This document shows, piece by piece, positions 24,381-31,612 of a stretch of 32,353 nucleotides of DNA. Source of the DNA: Kiritimatiellia bacterium (lineage in GTDB: Bacteria; Verrucomicrobiota; Kiritimatiellia; RFP12; UBA3636); NCBI GenBank assembly GCA_045642845.1, contig JAZUJQ010000267.1, positions 1 through 32,353 of the forward strand. The letters are read 5' to 3'. The notes under the pieces are model-generated. The model was given only the letters and a program-made list of their open reading frames with translations, searched no databases and was not told the origin of the DNA. Each line of letters starts with the position of its first letter. Positions within the stretch are counted from its first letter, which is position 1. Both the position numbers and the translations under genes were made by a program.

Positions 24381-24409
24381 GTGAAAAGTCCGAACCGGAA
24401 TGCTATACT
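24381..24409 (+). promoter_or_regulatory. Candidate extended-10 promoter for the plus-strand block 24507-31600
   Basis: aTGCTATACT at 24400-24409 (TGn-TATACT) with a weak -35 (GTGAAA, 17-nt spacer), about 95 nt upstream of the ATG at 24507. The same 10-mer, aTGCTATACT, occurs in the candidate promoter at 11343-11352 on the minus strand. Confidence 0.3.
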
Positions 24410-24506
24410 CCGCGGCAGTCGCGGTCATTTCCGCCGAACCAGCACACGCCGCATCCACGACATACGGACCCGAAACTCCGTGCATGACACTCCGGACAGC
24501 AAAGAG

Positions 24507-25349
24507 ATGAGCAAGCCGTTGATCCTTCGTCCATCCGCCGGGCTCGCCAACCGGATGCGCGCGGTGGATTCATGCACGACGCTCTGCCGTCGCATAAACA
24601 GAGATATGGAAATAATCTGGTTTAAAGATCGTTCGTTCGGAGCCCGGTTCCACGACATCTTTGAACCGCTTGACATTCCGGGCACGACTCTCCGCGAGGC
24701 GCGGTTTTGGGAAATTCCCCTCTACGACGTCCCGATCGGTCGGCGAAACCTGCGCATTCCGCTGCTCTTCGAACGACTTCGTTTCGGGCATTCCCGCATG
24801 GTGTCACTTTGGGAAACCCAGCATTACCGCCGATCAGGAATCATTCCGGAAATCTTCCGGAAAACCGGCAAAACGGTCTACTTCGCCTGCGGACATCAGG
24901 TCGTTCCAACGGAACTACGCTATTCCATGTTCCGTCCGCGGCCCGACATCATGTCGGACATAGAAGCCATGTCATCTTCACTTCCGCCGGACGTCGCCGG
25001 AGTTCACGTTCGACGAGGCGATCATCGTCAGGCGATACGAGAATCGCCTTTGGAACTGTTTGAAAACGAAATCCGCCGTCTTCTGGATTCCGGCGAAGCG
25101 TCGGCCGTCTTTCTCGCTTCAGATTCCAATGAAGTCAAACGCAGACTCGTGTCGTCTTTCGGAAAACGCATCATAACACGTGACATTTCTCTTGAACGAA
25201 ACTCCGCCGAAGGAATCAGGGAAGCGGTCATCGATCTTTGGACTCTGTCACGATGCACACGCATCATCGGATCATCGGGTTCAACATTCGCGGAAACTGC
25301 CGCTTGGATGGGGCGTCGGCCATACAGTTTTCTGAAAAAGCCCGTTTGA
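24507..25349 (+). CDS. GT11-like / fucosyltransferase-superfamily glycosyltransferase (HxRxxD)
   Basis: About 280 aa from the ATG at 24507 (MSKPLILRPSAGLANRMRAV, compare the GT11 G-G-L-G-N-Q-M opening). AGVHVRRGDHR (the GT11 HVRRGD motif), AVFLASDSNEV and DLWTLSRCTRIIGSSGSTFAE. The track ORF start at 24381 adds an Arg-rich leader and is rejected. Confidence 0.55.
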   Translation: MSKPLILRPSAGLANRMRAVDSCTTLCRRINRDMEIIWFKDRSFGARFHDIFEPLDIPGTTLREARFWEIPLYDVPIGRRNLRIPLLFERLRFGHSRMVSLWETQHYRRSGIIPEIFRKTGKTVYFACGHQVVPTELRYSMFRPRPDIMSDIEAMSSSLPPDVAGVHVRRGDHRQAIRESPLELFENEIRRLLDSGEASAVFLASDSNEVKRRLVSSFGKRIITRDISLERNSAEGIREAVIDLWTLSRCTRIIGSSGSTFAETAAWMGRRPYSFLKKPV

Positions 25350-25388
25350 AATTGCCGAAAGGCACCGGTTCGGATAGAATTTCTTTGT

Positions 25389-26702
25389 ATGAAGACCTGT
25401 CCGCCATCCATTTGCGTTTCCTGCGGTTGCTGCGTGTACAAAAGCGGCGACCCATCGGTGCGCATGACTCAAACGAAGAACGGTCCGCGACCGACCGATG
25501 CGCAGGGGCGGCCGATCCGGCTTGAATGCTCCGTGTGCCCCGGACGCGGAATCAATTACCCGGAACTGTACCGCGCGCACTACGGAAGCGCTCCGGATTC
25601 ATGGCTCACCGGCAAAGTCGTCAAAGTCCGCACAGGACACGCGACCGATGGTGAAATCCGTCTGGCCGGAGCTTCCGGCGGTGTTCTTACTCGCGTACTC
25701 ATGCATCTTCTTGAAACCAAGCGCGTTGACGGCGTCATTTTGGCGAAACAAGGCGTTCCTACGCCGCTGGAGGCATCGGCGGTCATTGCGACCACTCCGG
25801 ACGAGGTGCTTTCGGGAGCGGGATCGGTCTACATTCCGGTTCCTATGATTCCCGCGCTTGCAAAACTCGAAAACGGGAAGCGCTACGCGATGGTCTGCAC
25901 CCCGGAGCAATCCGCAGCGATCCGCGCACTACAGGCAGAAGGCGACGAACGCGCCAGGCGGATCTCCTACGTCGTCGGACCGTACACCGGCACCGCGCTC
26001 ACGCCGCAGGCGCTTTCATACTATCTCAAAAGCAACCGCATCCCGGAAGACGACCCAGTCACAAGCGTGAAGTGGCGAGCCGGGAAATGGCCGGGCTATC
26101 TGGAAATCCGCACGTTGGGCGGCCGCGTGCTGCAGTCGCCGAAAGTCTATTACAACTTTCTCATTCCGTTCTTCGTCACTACGACGAGTCTTGTCAGCAT
26201 GGATTTTTGCAACGAATTCGCGGACCTCGCAGTTGGCGACGCCTGGTCTCCGAAATTCGAAAACGCCGGCAAGGGCGGAGTTTCTGTCGTGGTCACTCGC
26301 ACGACCGAGATGGAGTCCGTCCTTGCGGAAATGCAGTCGAAAGGGCTTCTCGACCTCACGGAGGAGGATCCGCTCAAGGCGGGCGACATGCACGGGCATA
26401 TGCTTGACTTCAAAAAGCGCGGCGGCCATCTTCGCTGCCGCATGCGGCGCACATTCGGGTTTCCGTCGCCGGAATACGGGTACCGTCCGACGCATATCGC
26501 ATTTTCACGCCGTTGCGTGGAACTTGTCACCAGCACCGTGTTCGCCGCCTGCCGCACCGCTCCGGCACGTTGGCTCGTGTGCAAAATTCCGGAACGGATT
26601 CTCGGACCGTTGTTCAACAAAGCGCGTCTCTCCTGGAAAGCCATGAGCCGCCCGACGAAGCGCAAAGGACTCACTAAATATGACATCGTCGAACTTCCTT
26701 AA
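25389..26702 (+). CDS. Coenzyme F420 hydrogenase/dehydrogenase beta-subunit-like (FrhB/FdhB-like) Fe-S flavoprotein
   Basis: 437 aa. N-terminal Cys clusters CVSCGCCVYKS and CSVCPGRG, then GASGGVLTRVLMHLLETKRVDGVILA, which is typical of the FrhB_FdhB N-domain. This family recurs in bacterial polysaccharide loci. Confidence 0.7.
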   Translation: MKTCPPSICVSCGCCVYKSGDPSVRMTQTKNGPRPTDAQGRPIRLECSVCPGRGINYPELYRAHYGSAPDSWLTGKVVKVRTGHATDGEIRLAGASGGVLTRVLMHLLETKRVDGVILAKQGVPTPLEASAVIATTPDEVLSGAGSVYIPVPMIPALAKLENGKRYAMVCTPEQSAAIRALQAEGDERARRISYVVGPYTGTALTPQALSYYLKSNRIPEDDPVTSVKWRAGKWPGYLEIRTLGGRVLQSPKVYYNFLIPFFVTTTSLVSMDFCNEFADLAVGDAWSPKFENAGKGGVSVVVTRTTEMESVLAEMQSKGLLDLTEEDPLKAGDMHGHMLDFKKRGGHLRCRMRRTFGFPSPEYGYRPTHIAFSRRCVELVTSTVFAACRTAPARWLVCKIPERILGPLFNKARLSWKAMSRPTKRKGLTKYDIVELP

Positions 26703-28281
26703 GGAAACGCTTGCAGACGCGCTTCCGCGCATTCTCACGCAGTGTTGCCGCGACAAAGGCTGTCCCGCCTACGGATGCTTCGACCGCAACTGGTGGCACT
26801 ACCGCATCAGAGACTTCGCTTCAAGCATTCTCCAACAAGGCGGTTACACGGTGTTGCGCGCCTCCGAAGCGCTTCCAGGCATGTTGCCGACTGATTTCGC
26901 CCTTGACATAGCCGCAGGATCGGCCGTTTTCTGGAACAACCGCGCCACGCGTCACGGCGCATTCGAAGAATACTACCCTTGGGAGCAGGGCTATCCGCCG
27001 GTCGCTTTCAGCACGCTGGCCGTCGCCAAGCTCGTCGCAGAGGGAATCGCCGACCGCGAGGCCGTGCGTCCAGGCATGAGAATCGCCTCGAAACAGCTTC
27101 TCTCACGCTTCGAGGCAAAGGCCACCAACCAGCAGGTCGCCGGGCTCGCCGCGCTTGCCTGGATTAGAAAAAGCTATCCCGAACTTGTTCCGGACGGGGA
27201 ATTCGTCACGCAAAAAGCGAAGACGCTCGCCCGTCAAAGCGACGAAGGTTGGTTCTGGGAGTACGACGGTCCCGACGCCGGATATCTCTCCGTCACGATG
27301 GATTGTCTTTGGGACCTCTATGACGCCACGGGCGACGCAGACTTCCGTGCATCCTGCGACAAGGCGTTGGGTTTTCTCGACATCGTCATCGGACAGCCCG
27401 GTTGCGGACTTGGAATGCTCAACGCCCGCAACACCGACTACGTGGTTCCATACGGGATCGCCCGTTACCTCAACGACGGCACGGATGACCAAAAGCGTCA
27501 GGCGGCCCGGCTCATCGACATCCTCTACGGCCACGCGAACGAAGCATTTCATTTTCTCCGTTCGGTCGACGACCGCTACTGGTGCCACTACATCGGCCAC
27601 TCCGTCGCCCGTGGCATCATCGAGCTGAACAAAGCGGCAGGACGATACGCACCCGCAGGCGAAGCCTGTCGGCCGGTCGGATGCAGTCTTCCGGAATGCG
27701 GCTATGAGTTCAGACCTCTTTCCAACGGGGTGCTTCTGACAATGGCGATGAACAAGGGCGGATGTCTGCGGCTGACGAATGACGGGAAAATTCTGGCCAT
27801 GGACTTCGGCTGGATCGTGAATGACGGGAAAAAACGCCATGTGACGCATTGGTGGTCGCTCGACTGGAAGTCGGCGAAGGACAAAAAAATTTCCGTCGAC
27901 GGATCGCTCGCCCCGCACAAAGAGGTCGAATCCACGCCATTCATGCATATTGGACTGCGCCTCGTCAGCTTTGTCTTCGGAAAATCAATCATCGGGCTTC
28001 TCAAAAACGTGATGATTTTCAAAAAAAAGCGCAGTCCGTACCGATTCAAGCGCACGGTGGAAATTGAAGACGGAGCGGTTCGAGTCATCGATGAGATCCG
28101 CGGCATCCCGCAAAACGCGAAAGTCACGCCAGCCCCGCGCGCGTCAAAACGCCACGTCGCCAGTGCGGACAGCTATCATCCGGAAGACACCGCTCTTGTT
28201 TCCGACGCCGTTGAGATGGAACGAACCGAAAAAATCGGCGACGGGACATTCAGAGCCGAGACCGTCTATCGAATCCGATAG
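26680..28281 (+). CDS. Hypothetical 533-aa protein, no family recognised; N-terminal CCx4Cx4C cluster
   Basis: A long ORF in the gene-dense plus block, with its ATG at 26680 overlapping the FrhB-like stop by 23 nt. The codon and amino-acid composition look protein-like, not the Arg/Pro-rich pattern of shadow ORFs. Cys cluster TQCCRDKGCPAYGCFDRNWWHY. The first ~330 aa look helix-rich to me and the C-terminal ~180 aa strand-rich, with one hydrophobic stretch FMHIGLRLVSFVFGKSIIGLLKNVMIF. Confidence 0.75.
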   Translation: MTSSNFLKETLADALPRILTQCCRDKGCPAYGCFDRNWWHYRIRDFASSILQQGGYTVLRASEALPGMLPTDFALDIAAGSAVFWNNRATRHGAFEEYYPWEQGYPPVAFSTLAVAKLVAEGIADREAVRPGMRIASKQLLSRFEAKATNQQVAGLAALAWIRKSYPELVPDGEFVTQKAKTLARQSDEGWFWEYDGPDAGYLSVTMDCLWDLYDATGDADFRASCDKALGFLDIVIGQPGCGLGMLNARNTDYVVPYGIARYLNDGTDDQKRQAARLIDILYGHANEAFHFLRSVDDRYWCHYIGHSVARGIIELNKAAGRYAPAGEACRPVGCSLPECGYEFRPLSNGVLLTMAMNKGGCLRLTNDGKILAMDFGWIVNDGKKRHVTHWWSLDWKSAKDKKISVDGSLAPHKEVESTPFMHIGLRLVSFVFGKSIIGLLKNVMIFKKKRSPYRFKRTVEIEDGAVRVIDEIRGIPQNAKVTPAPRASKRHVASADSYHPEDTALVSDAVEMERTEKIGDGTFRAETVYRIR

Positions 28282-28305
28282 CCGAAGCCCGCATGCAAAT
28301 TCGCA

Positions 28306-28737
28306 ATGAAGCCGTCAGCTCTTTTAAAAAAACTTTTTCTGTTTCTCGTCGTCGGACTTCCCGCATTCGCGGTGGCCTTTCCGCTGAACTTTCTGCTCGT
28401 CGACAAGGCGGGATGGCCGAAGTGGCTCGCCTACGCCGTGGTTCTTCTCGTTCAGGTCAACATCAACTTTCCGCTTTGCCGCAAATTCGTATTCGATCCG
28501 GACCCGGGAAAATCCGTCTGGAAACAGTACGGTGAATTCATGGCGGCGGTCGCCGCCTTCCGCGGATTGGACTGGCTGATTTACACGTTTTGCGTGGAGA
28601 CTCTGCGTTTTCCACTCGTCATTTTCGGAAATGACTGCTATTATCTCGCCTACCAGCTCGCCAATGTCGTGATATTCTCGCTCGCGAAGTTCGTTTTCTG
28701 CAAACGAGCCATCGAGGGAAGCCGTTCCCAACCATGA
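28306..28737 (+). CDS. gtrA: GtrA-family small membrane protein
   Basis: 143 aa with about four hydrophobic helices. KKLFLFLVVGLPAFAVAFPLNFLLV ... VNINFPLCRKFVF fits the GtrA-like family pattern. Sits immediately upstream of a GtrB-like GT2. Confidence 0.75.
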   Translation: MKPSALLKKLFLFLVVGLPAFAVAFPLNFLLVDKAGWPKWLAYAVVLLVQVNINFPLCRKFVFDPDPGKSVWKQYGEFMAAVAAFRGLDWLIYTFCVETLRFPLVIFGNDCYYLAYQLANVVIFSLAKFVFCKRAIEGSRSQP

Positions 28738-29699
28738 AACTCATCATCCAGATTCCATGTCTCAACGAGGAGCAAACCCTCGCGCAAACAGTAGCTGACC
28801 TGCCGCGTCACATCGACGGCATCGACGAAATCGAATTCATGGTGGTGGACGACGGATCCACCGACGGCACGGTCGATGTCGCGCGCCGTTGCGGAGTCCA
28901 TCACATCGTAAGCCACGGCAGCAACCGCGGTCTTGCCACGGCATTCTCCACGGGACGCGATTACGCACTTGCCCACGAAGCCGACATTCTCGTCAACACC
29001 GACGCGGACAATCAATATTACGGGCCCGACATAGCAAAGCTGGTCGTGCCGATATTGGAACACCGTGCGGAAATCGTCGTCGGCTGCCGTCCCATCTTGG
29101 AACACAAAGAATTCAGCCCCGTAAAAAAAATATTGCAATTGGCCGGCAGTTGGGCGCTCCGGAAAATTTCACAGACAACGGTACGCGATGCTCCCAGCGG
29201 CTTCCGCGCCTTCTCGCGCACCGCGCTTCAAAGGATTTTCATCCATTCGCGGTTCTCCTACTGCATGGAAACGCTTATTCAAGCTGGAGTGACCGGAATG
29301 CGCGTTGCATCGGTTGACGTGCGGGTCAACCCCAAAACCCGCGATTCGAGACTCTTCAAAAGCATTCCGCAGTACCTCCGCAAGACCGGCGGAACAATGC
29401 TTCACATGTTCCTGCTTTACCGTCCCGGGACGTTCTTTTCGCTGTTGTCGGTCCCGTTCTATCTAGCGGCGACTTTTCTCGGCATTCGATTTCTATGGCT
29501 CGTTTACGCGATGAAAATCCCTGGGCGGACCTATCTGCCGTCGCTGATCCTTCTGGCCATTTGCGCATTCGCCGGATTTTTATGCTCGCTTTTGGCCATT
29601 CTCGGCACGCTATTCCGCGCGCAACGCCGCTTGGCGGAAGAGGAAATATACCTCCTCCGCGCGTTTGCTGACAGAGATATGTCAACGAAACCATGCTGA
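28734..29699 (+). CDS. gtrB: Polyprenyl-phosphate glycosyltransferase (GT2, GtrB/DPM1-like) with C-terminal TM helices
   Basis: IIQIPCLNEEQTL, MVVDDGSTDGT and NTDADNQY (DxD), followed by two hydrophobic C-terminal helices (FFSLLSVPFYLAATFLGIRFLWLV; LPSLILLAICAFAGFLCSLLAILG). ATGA overlap with GtrA. Confidence 0.85.
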   Translation: MKLIIQIPCLNEEQTLAQTVADLPRHIDGIDEIEFMVVDDGSTDGTVDVARRCGVHHIVSHGSNRGLATAFSTGRDYALAHEADILVNTDADNQYYGPDIAKLVVPILEHRAEIVVGCRPILEHKEFSPVKKILQLAGSWALRKISQTTVRDAPSGFRAFSRTALQRIFIHSRFSYCMETLIQAGVTGMRVASVDVRVNPKTRDSRLFKSIPQYLRKTGGTMLHMFLLYRPGTFFSLLSVPFYLAATFLGIRFLWLVYAMKIPGRTYLPSLILLAICAFAGFLCSLLAILGTLFRAQRRLAEEEIYLLRAFADRDMSTKPC

Positions 29700-31600
29700 C
29701 GTTCTGCGCAACGCTCTGGATTGACTCAGTCGTCCTAATCCTGATTTCAACATGCGTCTGCAGCTGTTTTTCGCAAATGGCCGCAGGCGCTTGGATAGGG
29801 TTCGCCGGTGCAGTTGCAATTTCAACGTGGAAGATCATCCGTGCATGGCGGAATCATCTGCAAATTGAACATCCGCATGGCCCTTGCGAATGGGGTCTCA
29901 CATTCCTTGTCGCGCTTGTATTCGTTTCAATGTGCGTCGGTCCCCACTGCTTTCTCGATTCCTACAGCTACCGCTTTCCGCAAATGCTGTTCTGGATCCA
30001 AGAGGGACATCCTTGGACAGTACCGAACGTTGACATGCGCATCAACCAGATGCCGCATGTGTGGCCGATGCTCGCTTCCGCGTTTTATCTTCCGTTCGGC
30101 GAACGCGGAGTCGCGCTGCCGAACTTCATCTCGTATCTTTTACTCGCCACGCTCTTCCGCAACTGGGCGCTGGAGGCAACATCCGACGGCCGTCGCGCAG
30201 GAGCTCTGGCACTTGTCTTCGCATCGGCTCCGGTCTTTCTAATGGGTGCGTCGACAAACGACAATGTCGTCACGTGCACTGCCTTTCTCGCATTGTCGTT
30301 GCATTTCGCGATTCTGGTGTCGAAATCTCCCGATCGCATCTCGCCGTCGCAAAAAAGACTTATGGAATACAGCGCCCTGTCATTCGCGCTTTGCTGCGGC
30401 ATCAAACCGCAATATGCGGTTCTTGCGCCGATCTGGGCCGCATGGTTTTTCTTTGCTCCGGTCCGTCCGTTCCGCGTTTTCTTTTCAGAACGCAACACAG
30501 GAACAGACGGACGCCGATCTCCGGCCATTTTACGCACGACCGTTCTGTTTTTCGTTCTCGTGCTTTGCTCGCCTGCGCCCACAATGGCATGGAACCAGAT
30601 GCGGTGCGGCAGCTGCAAAAATCCGATTTTGACGGACTGTCCGGAAACATTTTCGACGCCTGGGCCACCCGAGCCCATCGGACGATCTTTCATGTCTTTG
30701 GGATTGCAACTTTTCGATTCTCCGATAAATCCGTTCTTCGCAAAAAACAACGAGTGGATTCAGACGTCCGATTCCGGTCTTGCACACGCATTCCGGAAAT
30801 ACGGAATTCGATTCCGACCTCTTCAAATCGCGGAAGGCGCATCATTTGGATTTTTCGTTTCGTTTGCGTTTTTCATCGGACTTTCATCGACGCTGCTTCG
30901 AAAAAAACAGACATCGACTGACAACGGCACGTTTTACGTTCCACACAAGCTACTCGCTCTCGCCGCACTTGTCTGCCTTTCACTCGCGATATGCGTCACG
31001 CGAGCCGGCACGCTCGGCCGGTCTTTCATCGGTTTTTTCGTTCTTCTCGTTCCATCGGCATTCGCAGGATTTCCGCATCGAATTCCAACGAGGTTTCTCT
31101 CGGCATACGCCTTCATCTGTTTTCTGTCGGGAGTTTTCGTGGTCGTCACCGACAGCGCACGCCCGCTCTGGCCTGTGGAATCGGTGGTGCAACGGGTCAA
31201 TTCGCCGACACTTCGAAAGCAACTGCACGACTACGCGCATTACAGCCGTCGCCAACTCGGCGCAAAGAAGCTGCTGGAGTCTTTGCCGACAGACGAACGC
31301 ACGCTTGGCGTCATCGTCGCCGCCGGGGAACCGATCGCGGAATGCTGGCTTGGCCGCAAGACGCCTACAAAAGTGATTCCGCACGCAACCAACGTCACCT
31401 CGGAACGTCTTGACGCCGAAAGCATTCGCTACCTTGTCGTAAAAACAAAAAACGGCGAATTCATCGACCCGGCTACCGGAATGCTGCGGGATGATTTTCT
31501 CTGTCAAATCGGTTGTGAAATCGTCGCGCGGAACTCGTACACGTCCTATATGTTCATCGGTGACGAACCATGGTTTCTCGTCCGCAGAAACACACATTGA
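29693..31600 (+). CDS. Large polytopic membrane protein, GT-C-like (GtrC-type polyprenyl-phosphate-sugar-dependent glycosyltransferase candidate)
   Basis: 635 aa. The N-terminal ~500 aa contain many TM helices, with an Asp-containing first loop (FLDSYSYRFPQMLFWIQEGHPW). The C-terminal soluble domain is about 130 aa. The start overlaps the GtrB-like stop by 7 nt (ATGCTGA). The assignment rests on architecture and context, not on a diagnostic motif. Confidence 0.5.
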   Translation: MLTFCATLWIDSVVLILISTCVCSCFSQMAAGAWIGFAGAVAISTWKIIRAWRNHLQIEHPHGPCEWGLTFLVALVFVSMCVGPHCFLDSYSYRFPQMLFWIQEGHPWTVPNVDMRINQMPHVWPMLASAFYLPFGERGVALPNFISYLLLATLFRNWALEATSDGRRAGALALVFASAPVFLMGASTNDNVVTCTAFLALSLHFAILVSKSPDRISPSQKRLMEYSALSFALCCGIKPQYAVLAPIWAAWFFFAPVRPFRVFFSERNTGTDGRRSPAILRTTVLFFVLVLCSPAPTMAWNQMRCGSCKNPILTDCPETFSTPGPPEPIGRSFMSLGLQLFDSPINPFFAKNNEWIQTSDSGLAHAFRKYGIRFRPLQIAEGASFGFFVSFAFFIGLSSTLLRKKQTSTDNGTFYVPHKLLALAALVCLSLAICVTRAGTLGRSFIGFFVLLVPSAFAGFPHRIPTRFLSAYAFICFLSGVFVVVTDSARPLWPVESVVQRVNSPTLRKQLHDYAHYSRRQLGAKKLLESLPTDERTLGVIVAAGEPIAECWLGRKTPTKVIPHATNVTSERLDAESIRYLVVKTKNGEFIDPATGMLRDDFLCQIGCEIVARNSYTSYMFIGDEPWFLVRRNTH

Positions 31601-31612
31601 AACAACGGACCG

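Noticed and set aside
24177-24485. 102-aa minus-strand ORF, and the 5' extension of the plus-strand ORF (24381-24506), inside the 395-nt divergent intergenic region
   Set aside because: No motif and odd composition. They cover the candidate promoters. The GT11-like protein has a natural start at 24507 (MSKPLILRPSAGLANRM).
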